64,000 bases of DNA from an uncultured Solirubrobacterales bacterium (GCA_963735255.1 CAVTKC010000003.1:12995-76994), one strand, 5' to 3'; counted from the stretch's first letter, positions 32,265-44,404 are shown. The notes: generated by a model from the letters alone, not told the origin. Numbers and translations: made by a program.

Positions 32265-32480
32265 CTCGGTCCAGAGCTCGAAGAGCCGGGAGCGATCACG
32301 GTGGTCGAACCCAATCGCGAACTTGGTCGCGTCGGGCCGGGTTGTCTCTGCGGACCCTACGATGGCTCCTTGGTGAGAGTGGCGGGGGCGGCGCTTCGGC
32401 GGGAAGTTGACTGGTTATTCGCCGAAGGCGGGCGCAAGGCTAGCAGCGAAACCGGACTCGATATCCCTCCTGGACGAAGT

Positions 32481-33344
32481 TCAATCCCCCGTGTGCGCGG
32501 AATCGATCACGGCGCCGACGACCTTGGAGCCGGCAAGCAGGGTCGTGCCGGCGATCGCGACCGCCATGAACCCGACCAAGGCGGCACCGTCGAGCGGGGT
32601 CGTCGACCAGCGCTCTTCGAAGATCAGCGGCGCCAGGACGACCGGCACCAGGACCTGGACCGCGAACATCACCGGCGCCACATGGGTCGCCGGGCGGTGC
32701 TGCAGGGCGCTCATCTCGCTCAGCAGCGCCAATGCCTCCGAGGCGAGCGCGGTCGCCAGCCAGGCGACCGCGACCAGTAGTGCCCCCGCCGCCAGCTCGT
32801 CGGTCAGGAGCTTGCTGGCGATCGCGGTCCAGGCGTAGCCGAAACCGGCGCTGAGCACGGCCACGAAGCCGACCGCGGTGCGCCGCCTGCGCAGCGCGTA
32901 GGGAGCCGCGATCGGGATCGCCACCAGGGCCAACGCGATTGCGATCGCGAGGGTGCCGGCGTGGTCGGTGGTGCGCTCGGGCGCGGCCCAGGCGACCCCG
33001 GCGACCCCGGCGACGATCGCCCCCACGGCGACGAACTCACGGCGACCCGGAGCCTCCCCCAGCTTCGTCGCCCCGAGCCAGAGCAGCACGATCAGGCCGC
33101 TGACCAGGCACGGCTGAACCACCGTCAGCGGCGCCAGCAGCAGCGCCACGATCTCCAGCGGCCAGCCCAGCAGCCCCAGCGCCGTCGCTCCCAGCCACTT
33201 CCGGTTCCGCACCAGCTTGCCGATTAGAGAAACCCGCAGCGAGTGCTCGTGCGGCACATCCCGCGCCTCCAGCGCCTGCAGCGCGATCGAGGTGTTGTAA
33301 AGGCAGGAGGCCCCTACGGCCGCGAGTATCCCGAGGGCGAGCAC
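32481..33344 (-). CDS. Polytopic membrane protein, DMT/NIPA-like (about 9 TM helices)
   Basis: Hydropathy pattern and weak resemblance to the EamA/NIPA (DUF803) families. No specific motif recognised. Confidence 0.5.
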   Translation of the reverse strand: MLALGILAAVGASCLYNTSIALQALEARDVPHEHSLRVSLIGKLVRNRKWLGATALGLLGWPLEIVALLLAPLTVVQPCLVSGLIVLLWLGATKLGEAPGRREFVAVGAIVAGVAGVAWAAPERTTDHAGTLAIAIALALVAIPIAAPYALRRRRTAVGFVAVLSAGFGYAWTAIASKLLTDELAAGALLVAVAWLATALASEALALLSEMSALQHRPATHVAPVMFAVQVLVPVVLAPLIFEERWSTTPLDGAALVGFMAVAIAGTTLLAGSKVVGAVIDSAHTGD

Positions 33345-33374
33345 GCCGCGACGATACCCGCCGCGGGAAGAGAC

Positions 33375-33572
33375 TCAGTGAAGGCGCCGGCCTGACTCGT
33401 CGAAGTGCGTGATCACCCAGGAGCTTGCGTAAGAAGTGAGGACTAATGGCACGATCACTGCCAGGAAAAGCACCGAGGTGTTAGCTCCGAGCGCTGCCAA
33501 GCCCAGGAAGGCGACTGCCTCCACGGTTATCCCTAGGAGAAAGATGAAGACGATCATCCTCGCCTGCGTCAC
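33375..33572 (-). CDS. Small two-TM membrane protein (60-65 aa)
   Basis: MIVFIFLLGITVEAVAFLGLAALGANTSVLFLAVIVPLVLTSY. GTGA overlap with the upstream small ORF. Locally lower GC. Confidence 0.45.
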   Translation of the reverse strand: MTQARMIVFIFLLGITVEAVAFLGLAALGANTSVLFLAVIVPLVLTSYASSWVITHFDESGRRLH

Positions 33573-33790
33573 GGAGACAGCCTATCGATCATTGCAGACA
33601 AAAGCATTACAACGAGGCCGAGCGCGCTGCCGGCCAAGCCGCCGACCACAGTCGCTCGCCGGGTCCGCTCCTCGGTTGCACCTTGCAACACGGACGGCGC
33701 ATGGCCGACGAATCCGCCGACCGCGATCAGTCCGGCCGCCAGACCGACGAGCGTTGCAAAGTCGCTGACGATCGAGCCGATGACGAGCAT
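33569..33790 (-). CDS. Small two-TM membrane protein (73 aa)
   Basis: MLVIGSIVSDFATLVGLAAGLIAVGGF...VVGGLAGSALGLVVMLLSAMI. Tandem with and overlapping the next small ORF. Confidence 0.45.
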   Translation of the reverse strand: MLVIGSIVSDFATLVGLAAGLIAVGGFVGHAPSVLQGATEERTRRATVVGGLAGSALGLVVMLLSAMIDRLSP

Positions 33791-33857
33791 CGGCCAAGCC
33801 TAGGAGGCGCGAGCACACAGCTGTCGCGCGCAACGCGCCAACTGTGTCGGGGAAGGC

Positions 33858-35561
33858 TCAGGTCTCCTGATACAGGGGCCCGTCGCCGCCCTCGGGCAGC
33901 GTCAGCCGGCCGCCCTTGGCGGTGATCGCGCCGCACTGGACGCAGTTGGAGGCGGTGACGTGGACGTCGACCTCGGCGGCCTGGCTCTCGAGCTGGTCCT
34001 CGGGGATCTCGTAGACCTGGGCCGGGCACATCGAGACCCAGGTCTGCGCGACCTCGCGCGGGACCCGGCTCTGGATGCGGACGTGGTTGGGCGCGTCGTC
34101 GCGGGTGGCGTTGCCGGAGAGGAAGACCGAGTCGAGCTTGTTGAAGGTCAGCTCGTTGTCGGCTTTGACGTAGGTGTCGCCGGCTTTACCGAGGTTCATC
34201 TCGACCTCGGAGTCGTGCTCCTGCTTCCAGTGGCCGCCGGGGAAGTTGCCTTTGGTGATCGTCATCGCGGAGGCGATGCCGCCGCCGACGAAGAAGCCTT
34301 TGGAGAAGGGCTGGCGCATGTTGCGCGATTCGTAGAGGTCCTTCTCGATCGCCGACTTGTGGATCTTCTCGTCGTAGGCCTCGAAGTTGACCGCGTCGAT
34401 GTCCTGCTTCAGCGCGTCGACAATCGTCTCCGCCGCGTACATCCCCGCGTGCATCGCGTAGTGGACGCCCTTCAGGGTCGGCACGTTGACCATGCTGGCG
34501 GCGTCGCCGGCGACCACCATTCCCGGCACGGCGAGGCGCTTGGGCATCGCGAAGTAGCCGCCGGAGGGGATCGTCTTGGCGCCCCAGGCGACGCGCTTGC
34601 CGCCATCGAGCAGCTTCTTGATGAAGGGGTGGGTCTTCAGCAGCTGCAGGGCGTCGTGGACGGAGAAGGTGGCGTCGGTGTAGTCGAGGCCCGCGACCAG
34701 GCCGATGCAGAGCTTGTCCTCGCCCATCGGGTAGATGAAGCTGCCGCCGAACTCGTTGAAGCGCGGCGATTTGCGCAGGGGCCAACCCATCGTGTGGATC
34801 ACCCGGTCGAGCGGCTCCTTCACCTCCCAGACCTCTTTGACCCCAAGCTCCCACCGCATCGGGTCGGCGCCGTGCATGTCGAAGTAGTCGTAGGCGGCGT
34901 AGGTGAGATGGCCGACGGTTCCCTCGGCCAGCACGGTCGCCTTGGCGACGACGTCGGAACCGGGCTCGAAGTTGCCGAGCTCCTGTCCCTCCTTGCCACG
35001 GCCGCGGTCGCCCGAGCGGACGCCCCGTACCACGCGATCTTCAACCAGAAGTTTGGTGGCAGCCGTCTCGGAGAGGATGTAGACGCCGGCTTCCTCGGCT
35101 TTGTCGGCGAGGAAGCGGCCCAGTTTCGAGACCGAGGTGACGTAGTTGCCGTGGTTCTTGAAGTTCGGCGGCATCGGCTTCAGCGGCAACGCCGCCTTCG
35201 AGGTCAGCAGGTAGACCGCGTCCTTGGTCACCTCCTGGTAGACCGGCCACTCGTCCTTCGGCAGGTCCGGGAACAGCTCTTCCATCGCCGAGGGCTTCAT
35301 GTTGGCCCCGGAGAGCAGGTGCGCTCCGGCGACTTTGCCCTTCTCGATCACGGCAACGGGCACTTCGCCCAGCTTCTCGGTCAGCTCCGGCTCGTTCTCC
35401 AGGAGCTGCATCACTTTGTTCGCACAGGCGAGACCGGCGGGCCCGCCGCCGACGATCGCGACCCCCACCTCGATCCGCTCGTCCGCCGGATCGGTCGGGG
35501 GACCGATCACCGTGGCGGAATCGAACGGCGGTGGGAACTCGCTGGGAGCGACGGCGGGCAC
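33858..35561 (-). CDS. Electron-transfer flavoprotein:quinone oxidoreductase (ETF-QO, FixC/FixX-type fusion)
   Basis: VGVAIVGGGPAGLACA (FAD)...VLAEGTVGHLT... and a C-terminal ferredoxin-like CPAQVYE...ASNCVQCGAITAKG. GTG at 35561 lies 5 nt after the etfA stop. Confidence 0.88.
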   Translation of the reverse strand: MPAVAPSEFPPPFDSATVIGPPTDPADERIEVGVAIVGGGPAGLACANKVMQLLENEPELTEKLGEVPVAVIEKGKVAGAHLLSGANMKPSAMEELFPDLPKDEWPVYQEVTKDAVYLLTSKAALPLKPMPPNFKNHGNYVTSVSKLGRFLADKAEEAGVYILSETAATKLLVEDRVVRGVRSGDRGRGKEGQELGNFEPGSDVVAKATVLAEGTVGHLTYAAYDYFDMHGADPMRWELGVKEVWEVKEPLDRVIHTMGWPLRKSPRFNEFGGSFIYPMGEDKLCIGLVAGLDYTDATFSVHDALQLLKTHPFIKKLLDGGKRVAWGAKTIPSGGYFAMPKRLAVPGMVVAGDAASMVNVPTLKGVHYAMHAGMYAAETIVDALKQDIDAVNFEAYDEKIHKSAIEKDLYESRNMRQPFSKGFFVGGGIASAMTITKGNFPGGHWKQEHDSEVEMNLGKAGDTYVKADNELTFNKLDSVFLSGNATRDDAPNHVRIQSRVPREVAQTWVSMCPAQVYEIPEDQLESQAAEVDVHVTASNCVQCGAITAKGGRLTLPEGGDGPLYQET

Positions 35562-35566
35562 GGGTC

Positions 35567-36541
35567 TCAGCTGCCCTTCTTCGCCTTGATCGCCTCGGTC
35601 AGCTTGGGGACGATCTTGTGTAGATCGCCGACCACGCCGAGGTCCGAGAACTCGAAGATCGGCGCATTCGGGTCCTTGTTGATCGCGAGGATGTTCTCCG
35701 AGTTCTGCATCCCGACCTTGTGCTGGATCGCCCCGGAGACGCCGGCGGCGAGGTACAGCTTCGGCGCCACCGTCTTGCCGGTCTGGCCGATCTGGGCGGC
35801 GTAGGGGTACCAACCGGCGTCGACGACCGCGCGGGTCGCGGCGACGGCGCCGCCCATCGACTCGGCCAGTTCCTCGGCCAGCTCGAAGCCCTCTTTGGCT
35901 CCGAGGCCGCGGCCACCGCCGACCAGGATGTCGGCATCCTCGATGTTGACGTCGGCCCCGCGCTGCTCGCCGCGCTGCACCAGGGTCGCCTTCGACGACC
36001 AGGCGGAGAGCTCGACGTCGACGTCGACGACCTCAGCCGTGCCACCGCTCTCCTTCGCGTCAAACGCATTGAGGCGGCTGATGATGATCCCGGGCTCGCT
36101 GACGTAGCCGACGTCGGCGATCTCGGAGTCCTGCAGGATCGGGCGCTCGACGACAAGCTTGCCGTCCTGCACCTTGACGTTCGTGACCTCCATCGTGACC
36201 CCGGCGTTGAGGCGGGCGGTCAGACCGGCCCCGATCTCGAAGCCGAGCAGGCCGCCGCCGAAGAGGGCGTAGGAGATGCCGTTCTCGGTGATGACCTTGG
36301 CCATCGCGTCGACGATCGGCTGGGCCAGGCCCTCGGGCACCGACTTGGCCCGGTAGACCTTGGCCGCGCCCCAGTTGCCGAGCGAAGCAGCGGCGTCGTC
36401 GGCGACGTCGCCGACGACCAGGGCCGCAGCCTCGCCGCCGATTTCGCCGGCCAGCTTGGCGGCCTCGGAGATCGCTCCGAGCGAGTTCTTGTTGAAGTTG
36501 CCCTCGTCGTCGTGGAGGGCGTAAACCAGGATGCCTGCCAT
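35567..36541 (-). CDS. etfA: Electron transfer flavoprotein alpha subunit
   Basis: ILVGGGRGLG...LYLAAGVSGAIQHKVGMQNSENILAINKDPNAPIF. Confidence 0.95.
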   Translation of the reverse strand: MAGILVYALHDDEGNFNKNSLGAISEAAKLAGEIGGEAAALVVGDVADDAAASLGNWGAAKVYRAKSVPEGLAQPIVDAMAKVITENGISYALFGGGLLGFEIGAGLTARLNAGVTMEVTNVKVQDGKLVVERPILQDSEIADVGYVSEPGIIISRLNAFDAKESGGTAEVVDVDVELSAWSSKATLVQRGEQRGADVNIEDADILVGGGRGLGAKEGFELAEELAESMGGAVAATRAVVDAGWYPYAAQIGQTGKTVAPKLYLAAGVSGAIQHKVGMQNSENILAINKDPNAPIFEFSDLGVVGDLHKIVPKLTEAIKAKKGS

Positions 36542-37333
36542 CTAGATCAGCTTCCTCTCGTCAAGCCAGGCGACGATCTTTTCGACCGTCTCGTTGGTGT
36601 CCTCGTCCTCGATGATCTCGCCGGCCACCTTGGCGGGGGGCGGGTTGAGCGCGAGGACCTTGGTCTTGGAGCCGGACTCGCCGACCATGCCGCCGTCGAT
36701 GCCGACGTCCGCGGTCGCCTTGGTGTCGAGCGGTTTCTTCTTCGCACCCATGATCGCCTTCAGGCTCGGGTAGCGCGGCTCGTTGATCGCGTCACCGACG
36801 CTGATCACCGCGGGCAGCTCGATCTCGACGGTGTCGTAGCCGTACTCGGCCTGACGCTCGCAGCGGAGCTTGCCGTCGTTGACGTCGATCTGGATCACCT
36901 GGGTCAGCGAGGGCATCTGCAGGTGGTCGGCTACGACGGCGCCGATCGTGTAGCACTCGCCGTCGTCTGACTGCTGGCCGAGCAGGACCAGGTCCGGGCT
37001 CTCGGACTCCAGCACCTTGGCCAGCGAGTAGCCGGTGGCGCAGACGTCGGAACCCTGCAGGGCATCGTCGGAGAGGTGCACCGAGCGATCGGCGCCGAGC
37101 GCCACCGCCTTATGTAGGGCGCGGACGGCGGAGCCGGGACCCATGGTGACGGCCACAACCTCCTCGACCGGGATTGCCCCACCCTCCTTGATCTGCATGG
37201 CCGCCTCGAGGGCGTGCGTATCGAAGGGATTGAGGTTTTTCTCGCCGCCACGGTCCAGGCGCATCGTGCTTGGGTCGATGCGCTTCTGAACTGCGGCGTC
37301 CGGAACCTCCTTGACCAGGACGCAGATCTTCAA
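36542..37333 (-). CDS. etfB: Electron transfer flavoprotein beta subunit
   Basis: MKICVLVKEVPD...NPFDTHALEAAMQIKE...DLVLLGQQSDDGECYTIGA. Confidence 0.95.
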   Translation of the reverse strand: MKICVLVKEVPDAAVQKRIDPSTMRLDRGGEKNLNPFDTHALEAAMQIKEGGAIPVEEVVAVTMGPGSAVRALHKAVALGADRSVHLSDDALQGSDVCATGYSLAKVLESESPDLVLLGQQSDDGECYTIGAVVADHLQMPSLTQVIQIDVNDGKLRCERQAEYGYDTVEIELPAVISVGDAINEPRYPSLKAIMGAKKKPLDTKATADVGIDGGMVGESGSKTKVLALNPPPAKVAGEIIEDEDTNETVEKIVAWLDERKLI

Positions 37334-37426
37334 GTGAAGCCTCCTTGGAAACGATTCTCAGGTGGTGCGGGCGGCGATTTGCGCCTCGCGGGCCGGTTGC
37401 GGCCGGGCATGTTATCGGTTGCGAGC

Positions 37427-37449
37427 GACTGGTTGATTGACCAGTCAAT
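37427..37449. promoter_or_regulatory. Overlapping palindromes GACTGGT-TGATTG-ACCAGTC and ATTGAC-CA-GTCAAT upstream of etfB
   Basis: Read directly from the sequence, about 95-115 nt upstream of the etfB start. Candidate operator for a fatty-acid/acyl-CoA responsive regulator. Confidence 0.4.
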
Positions 37450-37479
37450 CGGGCGGATAGTACCCGGTTGCGTCGGAGG

Positions 37480-37905
37480 TTATTCGCCGCGCGCGTGGCG
37501 CTCGGTCGCACCGGCGCGGATGAAGTCGACGATCTCGTCAGTGCCGGCGCCCGGGGTGAAGACCTCGGCGACCCCGAGCTTCTTCAGCTCGGGGATGTCG
37601 TCGGCCGGAATCGTGCCGCCGACGGTGACGAGAACGTCGTCGACGCCCTGCGCGGCCAGCAGCGCCACCACTTTCGGCACCAGCGTCATGTGGGCGCCCG
37701 AGAGAATCGAGAGGCCAACCGCGTCGGCGTCCTCCTGGATCACCGTCTCGGCGATCTGCTCCGGAGTCTGGTGCAGGCCCGTGTAGATGACCTCCATGCC
37801 GGCGTCGCGCAGCGCGCGGGCGATGATCTTGGCGCCGCGGTCGTGTCCGTCCAAGCCGGGCTTGGCGACGACGACGCGGATCTTGCGGGCGGTTACGGCC
37901 TCCAT
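37480..37905 (-). CDS. Acyl-CoA (methylmalonyl-CoA-type) mutase small subunit, B12-binding domain
   Basis: [36 protein letters not shown] (DxHxxG cobalamin motif)...GLSILSGAH. Confidence 0.92.
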   Translation of the reverse strand: MEAVTARKIRVVVAKPGLDGHDRGAKIIARALRDAGMEVIYTGLHQTPEQIAETVIQEDADAVGLSILSGAHMTLVPKVVALLAAQGVDDVLVTVGGTIPADDIPELKKLGVAEVFTPGAGTDEIVDFIRAGATERHARGE

Positions 37906-37929
37906 CAGCCGCGGAGCGTAGCGCCCCGC

Positions 37930-39552
<1,623 letters not shown>

Positions 39553-39561
39553 GGGAGAAGT

Positions 39562-40350
39562 CTAGGGCCGCCGGCCGAAGCGGCGTGGGGGCGGCGGCCT
39601 GCGGCGGGCGGCGACCCGCGAGGCCCCGAGGCCGGCGAAGGTCGCCAGCAGGGTCACCGCGAGGGCGAGCAGGCGGCGGCCGAGGCGCTCGAAGCGCAGC
39701 GTCTGCCAGCCCTCCTCCTTGGCGATCGCCGCCAATGGCGGGTCGGGGTTGACCGCGACCGGGTTGCCGACCGCGCGCAGCATCGGCAGGTCCGAGAGCG
39801 AGTCCGAGTAGGCGTAGGAGGCGTCGAGGTCGATTCCATGGCGCTCGGCGAAAGCCTCCATCGCCTCGACCTTGCCGGGGCCGTAGACGAAGGGACCGTC
39901 GAAGCGGCCGGTGTAGCTGCCGTCGGCGTCGACCTCGTAGCGGGTGCCGATGCCGCCCTCCATGCCAAGCACCCGGGCCAGGGACTCGACCACGCCGTTG
40001 CCGGCGGCGCTGACGATGAAGGTGGCGCGGCCGGCGTCCTGGTGGGCGTGGACCTCGGCCAGCATCTGCGGGAAGACCCGGGGCAGGATCGCCGCCATCA
40101 CCTCGGGCTCCATGCGCTCGAACGTCTTCGCCGGCACCCCGCGGATCAGCTCACGGGCGGCCCGCAGCACGTCGCCGGTGCGCTCGTCGGTGGTCCCGCG
40201 CAACCGATAGTGCAGGTGCTCCACTCCCCAGCGAGCGAGCTGGCCACGGCTGACGATCCCGTGCTGGGAGGCGACGCGGGCGAACTGCATCCCCGAAGAC
40301 CCCGCCATCAGGGTCTTGTCGAGGTCGAAGAACGCCGCGCCGCGGCCCAT
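39562..40350 (-). CDS. HAD-IB family hydrolase (SerB-like) with a C-terminal TM segment
   Basis: AAFFDLDKTL (DxD nucleophile motif)...FIVSAAG...YSDSLSDLPML, then LLALAVTLLATFAGLG. Confidence 0.82.
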   Translation of the reverse strand: MGRGAAFFDLDKTLMAGSSGMQFARVASQHGIVSRGQLARWGVEHLHYRLRGTTDERTGDVLRAARELIRGVPAKTFERMEPEVMAAILPRVFPQMLAEVHAHQDAGRATFIVSAAGNGVVESLARVLGMEGGIGTRYEVDADGSYTGRFDGPFVYGPGKVEAMEAFAERHGIDLDASYAYSDSLSDLPMLRAVGNPVAVNPDPPLAAIAKEEGWQTLRFERLGRRLLALAVTLLATFAGLGASRVAARRRPPPPRRFGRRP

Positions 40351-40352
40351 CG

Positions 40353-41537
<1,185 letters not shown>

Positions 41538-41653
41538 CTACTGCCTTTCTTCTGCAGGGGTAGTCGGTCGATCGGGTGGGCGCTGGCGCCGGTCGCTGAC
41601 GATACCGACAGCATTCCGGAGCCGAGTCGAGGCGATGCGTAGACTCGCGCCCG

Positions 41654-43084
41654 ATGAAGGTCTTGGTCAGTAAATCCGAGCCGCTCGAGGCGGACGCCGG
41701 CCTGGTCGTCGTCGGTCTCCACGAGGACGGCACGCTGCCCGCCGCGATCGCCGAGCTCGCCGGCGCCGGCGACGCCAAGGGGGGCTTCAAGAAGAGGCTG
41801 CTGCTGCACGCCGGCGATACCCGGATCCTGGTCATCGGCCTCGGCAAGCGCGACGACGCCGGCACCGAGCGGCTGCGGATCGCGGCCGCGCTGGCGGCCA
41901 AGGAGGCGACGCGACTCGAGCTCGTGTCCCTGGCTTGGGCGCTGCCCGAGCCCGGCGACGACGCCGCGGCGGAAGCCGTGGTCACCGGCACGATCCTCGG
42001 CGCCTACCGCTTCGACCGCTTCAAAGGCAGCGCCCACGACGACCCGGCCACGCCGCGGCTCGAATCGTTGACCCTGCTGGCGCCGGAGGGCGTCGCCGCG
42101 GCGGCCGAGACGGCGCGCGTCTACAGCGAAGCGCAGAACCGTGCCCGCGACCTCCAGAACACGCCCGCCAACGTCGCCACGCCGAGCTTCCTCGCCGCCC
42201 GCGCCGAGGCGATCGCCGGCGACCACGACGCCATCACCGTCGACGTGCTCGGGCCCGAGCAGATCGCCGCCAAGGGGATGGGCGGGCTGGTCGCGGTCAA
42301 CCGCGGCGGCGGCGAGCCCTCGCGGCTGATCGTCCTCCGCTACGCCGGTGGCGGCTCCGGGCCGACCCTGGGCCTGGTCGGCAAGGGGGTCACCTTCGAC
42401 ACCGGCGGCATCTCGCTCAAGCCCGGAGCCGGGATGCAGGAGATGAAGTTCGACATGTCCGCCGCCGCGGCGGTGCTGGAGGCGGTGGCGGCGATCGCCG
42501 AGCTCGGCCTCGCGGTCGACCTCGTCGCCGTCATCCCCTCGACCGAGAACATGCCCTCGGGCTCGGCGATCAAGCCCGGCGACGTCATCACCCAATACAA
42601 CGGCACGACAGTCGAGGTCAACAACACCGATGCCGAGGGACGGCTGATCCTCGCCGACGCCCTCGCCTACGCGGTCGAGCTCGGCGCCGAGCGGATCGTC
42701 GACCTCGCCACCCTGACCGGCGCCGTCGTCATCGCCCTCGGCTCCACCTACGCCGCGGTCATCGCCAACGACGACGAGCTCGCCGCCGCGGTCGCGCGGG
42801 CCGGCGAGGAGAGCGGCGAGCTGACCTGGCGCCTCCCTCTCCACGACGAGTTCAAGGCGCTGATGAAGGGGACCGTCGCCGACCTCTCCAACCTCGCCTC
42901 GAAGCGCAAGGCCGGCACGATCACCGCCGGCGCCTTCCTCGAGGAGTTCGTCGACAAGACGCCCTGGGCGCACGTCGACATCGCCGGCACCGCCTGGGAC
43001 GTCGGCCGCGAGTACACCGGCAGCGACGGCAGCGGCTACGGCGTCCGCCTGCTGGTCGAGCTGGCCCGCCACCAGTCCGCCTAG
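41654..43084 (+). CDS. pepA: Leucyl aminopeptidase (M17)
   Basis: GKGVTFDTGGISLKP...NTDAEGRLILADAL...DIAGTAW. Confidence 0.95.
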   Translation: MKVLVSKSEPLEADAGLVVVGLHEDGTLPAAIAELAGAGDAKGGFKKRLLLHAGDTRILVIGLGKRDDAGTERLRIAAALAAKEATRLELVSLAWALPEPGDDAAAEAVVTGTILGAYRFDRFKGSAHDDPATPRLESLTLLAPEGVAAAAETARVYSEAQNRARDLQNTPANVATPSFLAARAEAIAGDHDAITVDVLGPEQIAAKGMGGLVAVNRGGGEPSRLIVLRYAGGGSGPTLGLVGKGVTFDTGGISLKPGAGMQEMKFDMSAAAAVLEAVAAIAELGLAVDLVAVIPSTENMPSGSAIKPGDVITQYNGTTVEVNNTDAEGRLILADALAYAVELGAERIVDLATLTGAVVIALGSTYAAVIANDDELAAAVARAGEESGELTWRLPLHDEFKALMKGTVADLSNLASKRKAGTITAGAFLEEFVDKTPWAHVDIAGTAWDVGREYTGSDGSGYGVRLLVELARHQSA

Positions 43085-43656
43085 CCGCCGCCGAGAATCA
43101 TGCAGGTCGCCGTGCCGGTGGCGAGCAATTTGCCGCTCTCGGCCGCGGTCAGCGTTGCCTCCGCCGTCGCCTGTTTGCGCCCGCGGTAGAGGACGTTCGC
43201 CTCGCAGAGAACGCGGCCGGTGTCGCGGGTGATCGGCCGCACGTACTTGGCCTCGAGGCCGAGCGAGGTGTAATGGGTGCCGACCGGCAGGGTCGTGTGA
43301 ACGGCACAGCCGAGCGCCGAGTCGAGCAGCGTCGCCGCGTAACCGCCGTGGACGACGCCGATCGGGTTGTAGTGCTCCTCGCCCGGCAGGCCCTCGAAGA
43401 CGACCCTCCCCTCCTCCAGCTCGACCGGCCGCAGCTGCATGGTCACGGCGATCGGCGGCGGCGGCATCCGTGCCTCGACGATGGCGGTCATGTACTCCAT
43501 CCCGGACATCGCGGCCCCCTCGGCAGCGGTCGCGACCGGGTCCTGCCAGGTCAGAGTCCGGGTGCGCGCGGTCTCGGGATTGGCTGCGGCGAAGCCCTCG
43601 GCGACATCGGCGGCGGTCGTCGCCGCGTCGGCGAGGACGGGGGCGTCCGGGCTCAT
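43081..43656 (-). CDS. PaaI/hotdog-fold thioesterase family protein
   Basis: NPIGVVHGGYAATLLDSALGCAV...ATGTATC is the PaaI-type motif. ATG at 43656. Convergent 4-nt overlap with the pepA stop. Confidence 0.8.
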   Translation of the reverse strand: MSPDAPVLADAATTAADVAEGFAAANPETARTRTLTWQDPVATAAEGAAMSGMEYMTAIVEARMPPPPIAVTMQLRPVELEEGRVVFEGLPGEEHYNPIGVVHGGYAATLLDSALGCAVHTTLPVGTHYTSLGLEAKYVRPITRDTGRVLCEANVLYRGRKQATAEATLTAAESGKLLATGTATCMILGGG

Positions 43657-43831
43657 CTGGAGACCGCCCTCCCACCGGCGGCGGTGCGCTCGGCGGGCCG
43701 GGCGCCGCCTCGGTAGTGCAGGTCCGCGGTGATCTCCGCCTGGCTGATCGCGATCCGCGGGGCCTTTGAGCGGTGGTTGTGCCGGTGTCGTGGAATCAGC
43801 CTCATTGGTTGCCTCCGTTCGGCTGGTGCAC

Positions 43832-43897
43832 CATGGTTTTATCAAGCAACTGTGCTCTGCGGAAGCCTATATCAGTCAGTTGCTTGATGCAACCATG
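43832..43897. promoter_or_regulatory. Long inverted repeat CATGGTTttATCAAGCAACTG - 24 nt - CAGTTGCTTGATgcAACCATG upstream of and overlapping the 5' end of hxlR
   Basis: Read directly: 19 of 21 positions are complementary, with a perfect 12-bp inner part. Lies in the lower-GC divergent region between the thioesterase and HxlR. The right arm contains the alternative start ATG 43895. Confidence 0.55.
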
Positions 43898-43915
43898 TGT
43901 GCGAAGATCACACCG

Positions 43916-44404
43916 ATGCTGCGCCGCGACTATCCGAACCAGCTCTGCTCGATCGCCAACTCGCTGGAGGTGATCGGCGAGCGCTGGTCGCTGCTGATCG
44001 TCCGCGATGTCTTCAACGGCAACCGCCGCTTCGGTGAGCTGCAGAGCTCCCTCGGGGTCGCCCGCAACGTGCTCGCGGCGCGGCTGCAGCGCCTGGTCGA
44101 GGAGGACATCCTCGAGCGTCGCCAGTACCAGGACAGCCCGCCCCGCTACGAGTACTTCCTGACCGACAAGGGCCTCGACCTCTGGCCGACCCTGATCGCA
44201 TTGCTCAACTGGGGCGACCGCTACTCCCCCAGTCCCGGCGGCCCGCCGAAACTGATCCGGCACAAGGTCTGCGGCGGCCACGTCAGCGAGCGCGGCATCT
44301 GCGAAGAGTGCGGCCAGGTGCTGCAGGCCCGCGACGCGATCCAGATCCCCGGGCCGGGCCGGGTCGCGGCGCTGGCCGCGGCCGGCACGGGCAAGTCCGC
44401 TTAG
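43916..44404 (+). CDS. HxlR family winged-helix transcriptional regulator
   Basis: CSIANSLEVIGERWSLLIVRDVFNGNRRFGELQSSLGVARNVLAARLQRLVEEDILER..YEYFLTDKG. Start at 43916 or 43895. Confidence 0.88.
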   Translation: MLRRDYPNQLCSIANSLEVIGERWSLLIVRDVFNGNRRFGELQSSLGVARNVLAARLQRLVEEDILERRQYQDSPPRYEYFLTDKGLDLWPTLIALLNWGDRYSPSPGGPPKLIRHKVCGGHVSERGICEECGQVLQARDAIQIPGPGRVAALAAAGTGKSA

